From: Candidatus Krumholzibacteriia bacterium
GTDB lineage: Bacteria > Krumholzibacteriota > Krumholzibacteriia > JAJRXK01
Reading direction: 5' to 3'
Assembly: GCA_041484665.1 (NCBI GenBank)
Contig: JBGPIA010000002.1
Span: 256,001 to 320,000, forward strand
Length of the DNA: 64,000 nucleotides
Part shown: positions 9,235 to 18,945 of the stretch, piece after piece
Numbering within the stretch: position 1 is the stretch's first letter
Layout: every line of letters starts with the position of its first letter
Position numbers and translations under genes: made by a program
The notes under the pieces: model-generated
Seen by the model: only the letters and a program-made list of their open reading frames with translations
What the model was told of the DNA's origin: nothing
Database searches by the model: none

Positions 9235-10710
9235 TCACCGGGCGACGCTCGTGCGCCCGCGCTGGATCCTACCTGCGATGCGTACGAGCGCCATCAGGAG
9301 CCCAAAGCGGAGCCAAACGAAATGCGTGCTCATGGGGTCCGTGATGTAGTCGGAGGTCAGCTCGTAGACGGCAAACATGACCAGGGTAGTATTCATCGCC
9401 AGCAGGAACTCGCGCAGGTCGACAGGAAGACTTCGATCGTTCATCGCGCGAGCGCTCAAGCGGAACAGGATCACCATGTACCAGATGAACGCGATCAGGC
9501 CGGGAATCCCGATCGTATACGGAAGGTGGAGATACAGGCAGTGGATCACGCGGGTGACGGGTCCACGGAAGGTTCCCAGTGGGACGACGATCCCGTGACC
9601 GACCAGCGGGCTATCGGGAATGGCGTGGAACGCCTCCTCCATCACGCCCCGGCGGCTCTGCGTGCTGCTGTCCTGGGGACCCAGCATCTCCAGGCGAGCG
9701 GTCATCTGCTCCGTCACCGGGGCGACGAACGGGAGCGCCAGCAGGAACACGGAGAATAGAATGAACAACACGGTGAGAAGCTGAGCCCGAGGAATGACGC
9801 GCGCCCCCAGGAATGTCATGTAGAGCACGCCCACCCCCAGCACGAGCACCGACATGCGCGTCGCGCTTCCGAGCATGCCGATCGCCAGGAGGAGGGCGCT
9901 GACGATCCAGTACATGCGTTCTGCCAGCGACTTCGCGCGCCGGAACAGGACGTAGTGGAAGATGAGCGACGCTGCGACGAACTCCCCGAACGGCGAGATG
10001 CCGGCGAACGATGCATACACGCGTGCCCGCTGCCCGATGTCGCCGGCGTACTCGGCGAGCTGCGCCGAGAACTGGAAGAACGACGGCAACCACGGCCGGC
10101 CGGGGAAGAGCGTCTGCAGCGTTGAGACCAGGCCCACGGAAGTCGCCGTGACCATGAACACACGGAGGATGACGTGGAACGTGCGGACGTTGTCCACGAC
10201 CTGGATCACGCCGTAGTACAAGCAGACCGCCGCGGCGAACGCACAAAGGCTCTTGCCGGCCAGCGCGTACTCCGTGGGAGCGAGTTGGTTGAGGCTCAGG
10301 ACCATCATCAGCGCGAGGCCCATGATGGCCAGGTCGGTGGGTTTGTAGAAGAACGGTGAGGCCAGCGAATATTGACGGCGCTTGGTCATGATCAGCGCGC
10401 TGATGGCGAGGATCATCAACGTCGACGACGACCCAACGCTGGTCTCCATCGGGTAGGGCAACAGCGTGATGGCGAACGCCAGCACACGGAGAGGGGACGC
10501 GATGATGGCCAGGCCCAGAAAGCCCACTCCGCAGAGGATCTCGACGCTCCGCTTCGAGGGGCGGATGACGAGGTCCGTCACGAGGACGCTGGTGGCGACC
10601 ACCAGCGCGGCCCCGCCGATCAAGCGCCAGATGCGGCTCGCTTGGCCCTGGCGGACGGGGCCGGCCAGCTCCCGGGGAATCCGGGTCGGAGGGCGGAGGA
10701 TCGGCGTCAT
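9235..10710 (-). CDS. O-antigen ligase / Wzy polymerase family protein
   Basis: Multi-TM, SATR motif, SPLVGHG and IHCLYL Wzy_C-like loop; start could be as far upstream as 10782. Confidence 0.8.
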   Translation of the reverse strand: MTPILRPPTRIPRELAGPVRQGQASRIWRLIGGAALVVATSVLVTDLVIRPSKRSVEILCGVGFLGLAIIASPLRVLAFAITLLPYPMETSVGSSSTLMILAISALIMTKRRQYSLASPFFYKPTDLAIMGLALMMVLSLNQLAPTEYALAGKSLCAFAAAVCLYYGVIQVVDNVRTFHVILRVFMVTATSVGLVSTLQTLFPGRPWLPSFFQFSAQLAEYAGDIGQRARVYASFAGISPFGEFVAASLIFHYVLFRRAKSLAERMYWIVSALLLAIGMLGSATRMSVLVLGVGVLYMTFLGARVIPRAQLLTVLFILFSVFLLALPFVAPVTEQMTARLEMLGPQDSSTQSRRGVMEEAFHAIPDSPLVGHGIVVPLGTFRGPVTRVIHCLYLHLPYTIGIPGLIAFIWYMVILFRLSARAMNDRSLPVDLREFLLAMNTTLVMFAVYELTSDYITDPMSTHFVWLRFGLLMALVRIAGRIQRGRTSVAR

Positions 10711-10889
10711 GGGCGTGTGCGAGCGGTTCGGGTGAGCTGGCATCGGAGCCAGCCGCGGCCGCGCCCGTGCATACCCGGCCACGGCGTCACCCGGCGTAAC
10801 TGTGAGTCGTCACTCTGCAGCACGTTTGAATCCTGGCTCCGCGGGCGTGGACGGGCACAACCCACGACCAACCCTCTGCGGCCCGACGA

Positions 10890-13439
10890 TCACGGCCGGT
10901 CGGGCACTGGCTCACCTGCAGTGGCCGGGTGGGGACTTTGGATCTCCACGACCCCGACGCTGGGCCCCGACCAGCGATCGCGGTCACTCAGATAATCACG
11001 CAGGTCGCGCCGCTGGCGCCAGACCGCCTCCTGCACGGTGAGCTCCAGCACGTAGCGGCCGGGCCGGACGTAGGGGGGAACCCGGATTTCCCGCACCTCG
11101 GACGCGCCCTCGGCCGGCCATTCCGTCGGCGGCCACACGCCGTCGAAGGGCACCCACGACCCGTTGAAACGCGCCAGGCTGCGCCCGCTGTCCTCGATCA
11201 GGAATTTGCGCACCAGCTTGCTCACCGGCGCCAGCACCCTGGGGACCGCTGGCATCGGCCCCTCGAAGCGCAGGTTGAACCGCTCCCAGCCCGGATGGAT
11301 CGTCCGTGCCGGGCCATGGGCGGGCGCGTACCAGATCTGCACCGCCAGCCTCCCCCCCGCCGCGACCTGCTCCTGCAACGGCCGGATGCCGACCACCGCA
11401 ATGCGGCTGCCGTCCACCGGTCGCGCCAGCAGTCCGGCCGGATCGAGGCCTGCAGGCCCCTGGAGTTGCAAGGATCGTGCGCCGGGTGGGGCCTGCCACG
11501 CCTGGGTCGGGGAGTGCAGGTCCCCTGCGTCGAACAGCTCCCAGCCTTCGCCCTGGCGGCGCGGTGGCACGCCCAGCCCGTGCAGCCACTGCACCAGCTC
11601 GCGCTGGGCGCCGTCGCTGGCCACGAACCCGAAGTCACCGACTCCGCTGATCGCCTCCACGCGCTCATTGATCAAGAGGTAGCGGGCGCCCAAGGAATCC
11701 AGCGCAGCGGTGATCCGCACCGGCGTACGCACCGGGCTGAACAGGGAACGATAGACCGTCAAGCGCCCCACGAGCCCCGTATCAACGGGGCTGGCGTGCG
11801 CCACGGGGTAGACCGGCATGGCTCCGCCGCGCAACCCGCGCACGGCGTAGCTGGTGCGTGGATCGGAGGCCACCCGCCCGTGCGGCAGCTCGTCGAGGGC
11901 CGCTGCCATGGCGGCGAAACGCCGCCATTCCACCGGGTTCGCCGCGTCCGGGCCCACCCGCAGTGCCTGCGCGGTCAGCCGCACTTCCGAGAGCAACAGC
12001 ACGAGCGCGAGGCCAGCGGCCAGCAGGCCGCGCGCGCGCGGGCGCGGCCGACCCGAGCTGCGCAGCGCCTGCGCGCCGAAGGCCAGCAGCAGGATCCACA
12101 ACGCCGGGGTCCAGGCCATCCGGCCCAGGCGCACCGAGAGGTAGCTGATCGCCGACCACGCCAACGGCTGCACCAGCGGATCCAGGCAAACGGTCCACAT
12201 CATCGCCGCGCCTGCGAGCGCTGCCAGCCGCCGCGGGCGCCTCCAGAATGATCCCGCCTGCAGCAGCACCAGCGGGAATGCCACCATCGAGCCCCATCCG
12301 CTCCAGTACGCAAGCACCAACGGGTCCACGACGAAGAGACCCCCACCCACGAACAAAGCGTCGGTCACGACCGCGTGAAGGCCGGCATTGCTGGCGCCGC
12401 GCTGCGTCAGCTGCGGCAGCATCAGCAGCGCGCCCAGCCCGGCCGCCCCCAGCAACGAGGCGAGCAGAGGCCGCGCGCGGCCGCGCGTCGCTGGGCGCAA
12501 CGCGCACAAGCCTGCCGCGTGCGCCACCAGCGCGCAGGTGGCCACCCAACCCAGCGGGTGCACGGGCGCTGTGAACGCGACGAGCGCGGGTCCCCGCCAC
12601 CGCGCGATCCGCGCTCCGGGCGCGCCCGGGTGCTCACCGCTGGCGTCGTCGGGGAGCCAGTCCTCGATCCAGGCCGCCAGCCCCAGCGCTGCCAGCGACA
12701 CGGCGATCTGTGCCGGATAGCCGGCTGACCAGACGCCATACGCCCGCCCGCCGGCACCGCCGATGGCCAGCAGCAACGCGGCCAAGAGTGCCCACGGCCC
12801 CGGCAGTCCGATCGCGACGAACAGCCACGCATGGGCCAACAGAAACAGCGGGCCCAGCGCCACCGGCGCGCGCGCCCACACGTCGGCCGGGTCGGCGCCC
12901 AGGCCGCGCGCCAAGAGCGCGTACACCCCGTGGGCGAGACCGAAGCGCGGATCGCTGCGTCGCTGCGTCTCGTCGAAGGAGTGGTCGGGCGGGCGCAGCT
13001 GCGCGGTGGAGAGAGCGTCGCGGATGGCCCCCAGATGGGCCGGCGCATCGGTGGCGATGTTGAGCGGAGGCGGCGTCGCGGCGATCCACGCGGACAGCAT
13101 CAACGTGACGAGCAGGGTGACCAGGGTCAGCCCGGGATCGGCCAGGCGCAGGCGTGACCGGCGCTCGCCGCGGCGCAGCGTGCGGCCCAGCGCCAGTCCC
13201 AGCGGCAGCACGAGGCTCACCGCCCACGCGGCGGCGCACGCTTGCAGGTGCACACCCAGCGCGTCCAGGACCACCGCCAGCCCCAGGTCGTGGAGCGCTC
13301 CGGCGAGGAGGATGCGCCCGGCGATGATGATTCCGCGCGCCGGCGCTGTCGCCCCACCGCCACGGCCCCCGGTGGCCCAGGACCAGAGGCCTCCGGGCGC
13401 GGCCGCCAGCAGCAGCCAGACCAGAGGCGTCGCCAGCAC
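10890..13439 (-). CDS. Large polytopic membrane protein, GT-C-like; paralog of 230..2707
   Basis: GTG 13439 after GGAGGT SD; TDAPAH, DPRFG, SDPRT and C-terminal SGPSVG motifs shared with ORF 230. Confidence 0.65.
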   Translation of the reverse strand: MLATPLVWLLLAAAPGGLWSWATGGRGGGATAPARGIIIAGRILLAGALHDLGLAVVLDALGVHLQACAAAWAVSLVLPLGLALGRTLRRGERRSRLRLADPGLTLVTLLVTLMLSAWIAATPPPLNIATDAPAHLGAIRDALSTAQLRPPDHSFDETQRRSDPRFGLAHGVYALLARGLGADPADVWARAPVALGPLFLLAHAWLFVAIGLPGPWALLAALLLAIGGAGGRAYGVWSAGYPAQIAVSLAALGLAAWIEDWLPDDASGEHPGAPGARIARWRGPALVAFTAPVHPLGWVATCALVAHAAGLCALRPATRGRARPLLASLLGAAGLGALLMLPQLTQRGASNAGLHAVVTDALFVGGGLFVVDPLVLAYWSGWGSMVAFPLVLLQAGSFWRRPRRLAALAGAAMMWTVCLDPLVQPLAWSAISYLSVRLGRMAWTPALWILLLAFGAQALRSSGRPRPRARGLLAAGLALVLLLSEVRLTAQALRVGPDAANPVEWRRFAAMAAALDELPHGRVASDPRTSYAVRGLRGGAMPVYPVAHASPVDTGLVGRLTVYRSLFSPVRTPVRITAALDSLGARYLLINERVEAISGVGDFGFVASDGAQRELVQWLHGLGVPPRRQGEGWELFDAGDLHSPTQAWQAPPGARSLQLQGPAGLDPAGLLARPVDGSRIAVVGIRPLQEQVAAGGRLAVQIWYAPAHGPARTIHPGWERFNLRFEGPMPAVPRVLAPVSKLVRKFLIEDSGRSLARFNGSWVPFDGVWPPTEWPAEGASEVREIRVPPYVRPGRYVLELTVQEAVWRQRRDLRDYLSDRDRWSGPSVGVVEIQSPHPATAGEPVPDRP

Positions 13440-13440
13440 G

Positions 13441-13812
13441 CTACCTCCCAGTGCGGGCCACGAGAACGATCCCGGCACCGATCACCAGGATTCCCAGCAG
13501 CCGCGCCGGGTTCGGCGACTCGCCCAGCCAGGCCCATCCGGCGAAGAACGAGAGCACGTAGGACATGCTCATCATTGGATATAAGAGCGAGAGCTGCATG
13601 CGGCTGAGCAGGTCGAGCCACAAGAGCGTTGTAACGCCGAAGATGGCCAGGCCCAGCAGGATCCGCCAGCTCGTGGCCAGCTGCCCGATCTGGCGCGGCA
13701 GCTGCGGCGATCCCACGTCGATCGTTCCGATCCGGGTCAGACCGGTCTTCCACAGGATCTGCGCCGTGACCATGAGGCACAGGCAAGACGCCAGGAGGAT
13801 CCAGTTGCGCAC
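13441..13812 (-). CDS. EamA/SMR small transporter, ArnE/ArnF-like lipid-linked sugar flippase
   Basis: 123 aa, 4 TM, AQILWK, LSLLYPMMSMSY, LGE motifs. Confidence 0.8.
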   Translation of the reverse strand: MRNWILLASCLCLMVTAQILWKTGLTRIGTIDVGSPQLPRQIGQLATSWRILLGLAIFGVTTLLWLDLLSRMQLSLLYPMMSMSYVLSFFAGWAWLGESPNPARLLGILVIGAGIVLVARTGR

Positions 13813-13813
13813 G

Positions 13814-15100
13814 TCAGCTCCCAGGGTTGGGGGACGGGGGCACGGTCAGCAGCGGTCCGAGGGCGTCCAGCAACCGCGCGCGCAGCCCCCGGTTGGCGTA
13901 ACTCTCCGCGGCCAGGCGGTGGGCGTCAACGGCCAGCGCGCGGGCGCGCGGCGCGTCGGCCACGGCCAGCAGCGCCGACTGCCACTGCGGCGGACTGTCC
14001 GCCTGGAGGAAGTGGACGCCCGGGGTGGCGCCGCAGCCGCGCGCGGCGACCGGCGTGCAGATCGCCGGCCGGCCCCCGGCCATCGCTTCGAGCAGGCGGT
14101 AGCGCAGCCCTCCGGCGTAGCGAAGCGGAATCACCACGGCGTCGCATGCCGCGAGCTCGGCGCTCAGATCGTCCACCCAGCCCACCGCATCGGCGCTGCT
14201 CTGCGACACGAGCCGCGCCAGTGCGGCGCCCAGCCCCGCTCCCACGACGCGCAGTCGCGGTGCGGTCGCGTGCGTGCGCAAGGCCGGCCAGGTTTCGCGC
14301 AGGAACCAGTCGAGCCCGTCGCGGTTGAACGCCGCCTCCCAATGGCCGTACGTGAGCAGGCGCAGCGGCTCGCCGGCGGCCCGCGCGCGCGGAGGCGAGG
14401 GCTGCTCGGGCACGGGGATCGTCGCCGGCCATAGGCCGACCGTGGGCGCGCGGCCGCCCATGATCGCGGTGGCGGCCGTTGCGGGCATCGCACTCGAGCC
14501 CTCCACCACGCGACGCACCGCAGCGACGTCGTCCTGCGTTAGACACAGCAGGCGATCGCAGCTCTGGAACGCCTCACGCTCGGCGGTCTGCAGGCGGCGC
14601 AGGTCGCGGATGCCTGCGGGACCGGCCAGGCGGCGGCCGTCGGCCAACACCTGCTGCTCCACGTCGGAGAGGATCAGCGCGCGGCTGCCGGGTGCGCCCT
14701 CGGCGATCGCGGGCCATACGGTCCAGTAGACGCCCACCGAGACGGCGCCGGGCCACTGCTGCCGGCGCGTGCGGGCCAGCGCCCGCACGCGCGGCGTGGC
14801 GGTGAAGGCCAGCGCGCGCGGCCGCCCGCTGCGCAGCGCCCGCAGGTCGATGCGCAGGCGGCGCGCCAGGCGCGCCGGCGCGTCCTGGCGCACGAAGTCC
14901 AGGTCGAGATCGAGGGTGAACCCCTCGGACACCAGGCGCTCGCGCGCCTCGCGCTGCGGGCCGATGCAACGGGTGACCCAGGCGACCTCGCCGAGTGTGC
15001 GCAGCGCGCGCGCCACCTCCAGCTGCAGCCGGCGGCTGCCTTGATCCGGCGGCCACGCGAGCACCGGGGTCACCAGCACGAAGCGTGGATCAGGCGACAC
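13814..15100 (-). CDS. Glycosyltransferase family 4
   Basis: PPDQGS N-terminal motif, IPLRYAGG..RLLEAMAGGRPAICT. Confidence 0.85.
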   Translation of the reverse strand: MSPDPRFVLVTPVLAWPPDQGSRRLQLEVARALRTLGEVAWVTRCIGPQREARERLVSEGFTLDLDLDFVRQDAPARLARRLRIDLRALRSGRPRALAFTATPRVRALARTRRQQWPGAVSVGVYWTVWPAIAEGAPGSRALILSDVEQQVLADGRRLAGPAGIRDLRRLQTAEREAFQSCDRLLCLTQDDVAAVRRVVEGSSAMPATAATAIMGGRAPTVGLWPATIPVPEQPSPPRARAAGEPLRLLTYGHWEAAFNRDGLDWFLRETWPALRTHATAPRLRVVGAGLGAALARLVSQSSADAVGWVDDLSAELAACDAVVIPLRYAGGLRYRLLEAMAGGRPAICTPVAARGCGATPGVHFLQADSPPQWQSALLAVADAPRARALAVDAHRLAAESYANRGLRARLLDALGPLLTVPPSPNPGS

Positions 15101-16262
15101 CGCGCGCGGCCTCCCCAGCGCCCTCCACGGCGCCCACTTCGCCGAACCAGGCTCCGTACTCCGAGAATGTGGCGGAAGTCATCCGCGCGAGCGTGTGGCG
15201 CGCCAAGAACATCGCCCGCGCGGCCCGTCCGTACTGCTCCCGGCGAAGCGGGCTGCGGGCCAGCTCGGCCAGCGCCCACGACAGCGCGCGGGGATCGTCG
15301 GGCTCGACCAACAAGCCGCTGCGTCCCGATGCGACGATCTCGGGGATTCCATCCACGGCCGTGGCCACCACCGGGAGCCCGTGCGCCATCGCCTCCAAGA
15401 GCGAGAGCGGCATGCCCTCGCGGCGGCTCGCGAGCACCACGACGTCGCAGGCCGACAGGATCGCGTGCACGTCGTCGCGCCGTCCGGCCAGTTGCACGCG
15501 GTCGCCCACGCCGCGGCCCGCGATGCGCGCCTCCCAGCGCTCCCGCTCCTCGCCTTCCCCCACCAGCCAGCAGGTGAAGGGCACGCCGTCCCGTTGCAGG
15601 ATTTCCGCCGCGTCGATGAGCAGGTCGCCGCCCTTGCGCGCATCGAGGGCTCCCACCTGCACGATGCGGCAGCCGCCGTGGCGCTCGCGCGCCGCCAGGT
15701 CGCCCGGCAGGAGGCGGCGCTGCTGCGCCGCGATCACGCCGTGCGGGTTGGGATCGGGCACGCCGTTGGGAATGGCCGACACTTGCGTCTCGCGGTAGCC
15801 GAAGACGCGCCGCAGCACCGCGGCGTGGATCTCACAGACGGCGATGGCGCGGTGGATCGCCGGCACCGCCGCGCGCTTGAGCCAGTAGCGCTTGCCCACG
15901 CGCCCCACGCTGGGGAGGTGCTCGGTCACCACCACCCGCGGCACGCCCGCCAGGCGCGCGACCAAGGGCGCGGCGGCCATCATGCCATCGTAGGGCCCGG
16001 GCAGGTTCACGTGGAGCAGCCGCGGGCGCAGGGTCAGCAGTACCGCCCGCAATTGCTGCCAACGCTGGTGCAGGGAGCCGGGCGCGATGCGCCGCACGGC
16101 GAACCCGTCGGCCTCCTGCTCGGCGATCCAGCCGCGTAGACCCGGGCCGTCCACGGCGATCAGGCCGAGGCGGTCGCGGCCTGCCGCCTGCAGGTGCCAG
16201 TGCAGGTAGCGCTCGGCGCCACCGGCGTACGGCGCGTCGCTGAGCAGCCAGGCCGGTGGCAT
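15090..16262 (-). CDS. Glycosyltransferase family 4
   Basis: MPPAW start overlapping the upstream stop; GGAERY, KGGD, SRREGMPLSLLEAMAHGLPVV. Confidence 0.9.
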   Translation of the reverse strand: MPPAWLLSDAPYAGGAERYLHWHLQAAGRDRLGLIAVDGPGLRGWIAEQEADGFAVRRIAPGSLHQRWQQLRAVLLTLRPRLLHVNLPGPYDGMMAAAPLVARLAGVPRVVVTEHLPSVGRVGKRYWLKRAAVPAIHRAIAVCEIHAAVLRRVFGYRETQVSAIPNGVPDPNPHGVIAAQQRRLLPGDLAARERHGGCRIVQVGALDARKGGDLLIDAAEILQRDGVPFTCWLVGEGEERERWEARIAGRGVGDRVQLAGRRDDVHAILSACDVVVLASRREGMPLSLLEAMAHGLPVVATAVDGIPEIVASGRSGLLVEPDDPRALSWALAELARSPLRREQYGRAARAMFLARHTLARMTSATFSEYGAWFGEVGAVEGAGEAARGVA

Positions 16263-17794
16263 CACGGCGCGACTTTCCGTGGGCGCGGGCGCGCCACCAA
16301 CAGCAGTGCGACGTTCTGCAGCGGGAGCCGCGTGCGGGCGATCAACTCGCACTCCTGCTCCCCCACCACGTCCAGCACGCGGTATCCCAGCACCACCAGC
16401 AACGCGGCCGCGGCCATCCCCAACGCGACTTGCCAGGCAGCCGTGAAGCGCTGCTGGACGGCGAGCCACAGCAGCACCGGGCTGCTGGCCGCGAACGCCT
16501 TGCCCAGCAGCCGCCAGGGGACCGACAGGCCCGGGATCTCCTTCCACGCGATGCGCGACAGCAAGAGCACCGAGAGCAGCTTGGCGGAGCCCAGCCCGAG
16601 GATTCCGCCCCACAGCCCCAGGCGAGGGATCAACGTCAGGTCGAGGGCGACGTTGACCGTCGCGAACACCACGTAGGCGCGCAGCGCCGCCCCCACGCGC
16701 TCGCGGGCGTAGACGATCATGCCGATGGGCGCCCCCAAGGCCGCGTAGCCGGCCATGACGAAGTAGGCCTGGCTCACCAGAGCTGCCGGCGCCATTGCCT
16801 GGCCGTAGAGCAGACGGATCACCGACGGGCTGAAGGCGACGCCCAGGCAGACCAGCGGCGCGATCGCCAGGTAGAGCAGGCTGAGATAGGCGCGCATCGC
16901 CCGCGGCAGCCTTGTTGCGTCTTGCACCGCGATGCGGGAGAAGCCGGCCATTGAGACCTCCCACAGCGCCAGAGGAAGGAAGTCGATCAGGCGCTGCGCG
17001 AAGGTGAAGCCGAGCTTGAAGAAGCCCGCCGGATCGGGGCCGCGGAAGTGACCCAGGAACAGCACCTCGGTCTCGCTGTGCACGAGGAAGTTCAGGACCG
17101 CGATGCCGAAGAAAGGCGCGGTGAAGTCGACGATCCGGCGGCGCGAGACCGCAGTCACCGCGGTGCCCGCCTTGACCTGCGGATCGCGGGCGATCGCGGG
17201 CGGGACCTGCAGCAAGCACGCGACGAACATTCCCCCGCCGGCGGCAGCCAGCACCCCGGCCACGCCCTTGCCGGCCGCCAGCAGCCACCAGGTCGTGGCG
17301 AGGGTCACCACGTTCCCCAGCGCCACCGCTATGGCCACCGTGCGCGTGGCGAAGCGTGCGGTGGCGCAGGCGCGTACGTAGTTGTGCAGCGAGAACGCCA
17401 GTGCCGTTGCCACGCCGATGCGCGCCAGCCCGGCCAGGGGCACGTTGAACACACGCTCCAGCGACGGCCCCAGGAGCCACGCAGCGCCCATCACGGGCAC
17501 CCAGGCCAGCACGCGCAGGCCCAGCGTCCTCCAGAAGAAGCGCGCGGCGGCGCTGCCGCCGCCACGCTCGATGAACTCGGGCACGAAGCGCAGCGCCGTG
17601 CGCTCCAGCGCCAGGCCAGCCAGCACGGTTGCCAACGCGGTGATCTGGCGCACCTCGCTGAGCACGCCGAACTCGCGCGTGGTGAGCGACCGTACGATCA
17701 CCACGCTGAGGACGATCGAGCTGACCAGGTTCGTCGCCTCGGCGACGACGCTCCAGGCCCCCGAGCGCGCATAGCCGGCCAGGTCGCGGCTCAA
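16262..17794 (-). CDS. Wzx-type flippase
   Basis: 510 aa multi-TM, REFG, LIPRLGLWG C-terminal pattern. Confidence 0.85.
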   Translation of the reverse strand: MSRDLAGYARSGAWSVVAEATNLVSSIVLSVVIVRSLTTREFGVLSEVRQITALATVLAGLALERTALRFVPEFIERGGGSAAARFFWRTLGLRVLAWVPVMGAAWLLGPSLERVFNVPLAGLARIGVATALAFSLHNYVRACATARFATRTVAIAVALGNVVTLATTWWLLAAGKGVAGVLAAAGGGMFVACLLQVPPAIARDPQVKAGTAVTAVSRRRIVDFTAPFFGIAVLNFLVHSETEVLFLGHFRGPDPAGFFKLGFTFAQRLIDFLPLALWEVSMAGFSRIAVQDATRLPRAMRAYLSLLYLAIAPLVCLGVAFSPSVIRLLYGQAMAPAALVSQAYFVMAGYAALGAPIGMIVYARERVGAALRAYVVFATVNVALDLTLIPRLGLWGGILGLGSAKLLSVLLLSRIAWKEIPGLSVPWRLLGKAFAASSPVLLWLAVQQRFTAAWQVALGMAAAALLVVLGYRVLDVVGEQECELIARTRLPLQNVALLLVARPRPRKVAP

Positions 17795-18945
17795 GCCAGC
17801 TCCTGGTGCACTCGCAGCGCGGAGCGCTCCATGAGCGCGTACAGGTCGCGGATGTGGCGCAGGGTCTCGTCGGGATCGCGCAGCCCGATCAGGCAGGCGT
17901 CGGCGCCCTTGGCATCGGGATGGTACCCGTGCATGGCCGCCAGCCTGGAGCTCCCCATGTAGCTAGGCAAGATCAGCAGGCCCTCTCCGAGAACGTAGAT
18001 GAGGTCCCCCTGGCTGCGATCGGGGAAGCGGCCGCCCAGTTGCTCCAACTCGTCGTCGGGGATGATGCGCCCCTGGCCGTGTCGCGCGAGCACGTCGCCA
18101 ATTGCAGCGAGCACCGCCGGATCCTCCGCCCAGAAGCGCGCCATCGTGGAGTCGTAGAAGGCCAGGTAGCGCCGGCCGTTCTCGCCGAGCTTGCGCTCGA
18201 CTTCTGCCTTGAGGTCGACGGCGCCGTGGACGTCGCTCATGCCATGGTCGCTGAAGATGAACGCCTCGACGGCCTCGGCCGAATCGTGGGCCACGGTGAA
18301 CAGCCGCCGCAGCCGCTCCTCGTACCAGCGCAAGTGGCGGCCGACGTCGTCGCCCAGGCTGCCCTGCGCGTGGAGCAGCCCGTCCAGGGCGTACAGGTAG
18401 AGGAACACGAAGTCGACCTGCCCCGAGATCAGGTCCCCCTCGACCGCGCGCAGGCTGGCCTCCTCCGGCGATCGCCAGTCGTAGCACGTCCAGCGCAGGC
18501 CCAGCTCGACCAGGCGGTCGAAGATGCTGCGGGCGCGGCGCAGGCCGCCCGGCGCGAAGATCGACCGGTGCTCCACCAGGTCGAAGCGCGGCAGCAGGCG
18601 CGTGGGCACCTCGTAGAGGCTGAAATAGCCGCGCACCGTTCGCGCCACGCTGGCCTCGATCCGCCGCCGCACGCGGTGGTTCTGCGCCACCCATGACGGC
18701 AGCCACGCCCACGGACGCGCCGCGTCCAGGCCCGAGGGTCCGTCGCGCAGCATGTACATCGCGCCGTGGCCGTGCTGCGCCGGGAGTTTCCCGGAGAGCA
18801 GCGTTGGCTGGCACGAGCAGCTGAAGCCGAGCACGGTGCGCAGGGCGGCCCGGTACGGCAGCTCCGGCAGGAACTCGCGGGTGCGCAGGTGCTCCGCCCC
18901 CAGCGCATCGATCATCACGAACAGCGCCACGCGTTTGCGCTTCAC
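17791..18945 (-). CDS. Alkaline phosphatase superfamily, nucleotide pyrophosphatase/phosphodiesterase-like
   Basis: GTG 18945 with GGAGGT SD; MIDALG, LDGLLH, FSDHGM, MHGY metal-binding motifs; no signal peptide. Confidence 0.85.
   Translation of the reverse strand: MKRKRVALFVMIDALGAEHLRTREFLPELPYRAALRTVLGFSCSCQPTLLSGKLPAQHGHGAMYMLRDGPSGLDAARPWAWLPSWVAQNHRVRRRIEASVARTVRGYFSLYEVPTRLLPRFDLVEHRSIFAPGGLRRARSIFDRLVELGLRWTCYDWRSPEEASLRAVEGDLISGQVDFVFLYLYALDGLLHAQGSLGDDVGRHLRWYEERLRRLFTVAHDSAEAVEAFIFSDHGMSDVHGAVDLKAEVERKLGENGRRYLAFYDSTMARFWAEDPAVLAAIGDVLARHGQGRIIPDDELEQLGGRFPDRSQGDLIYVLGEGLLILPSYMGSSRLAAMHGYHPDAKGADACLIGLRDPDETLRHIRDLYALMERSALRVHQELA

Noticed and set aside
15090..17480. 796-aa ORF, and similarly the extended ORFs ending at 17791, 20298, 32015, 38736, 40039, 57293 and 59544
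   Set aside because: High-GC open extensions overlapping upstream genes; family motifs begin at the downstream starts reported
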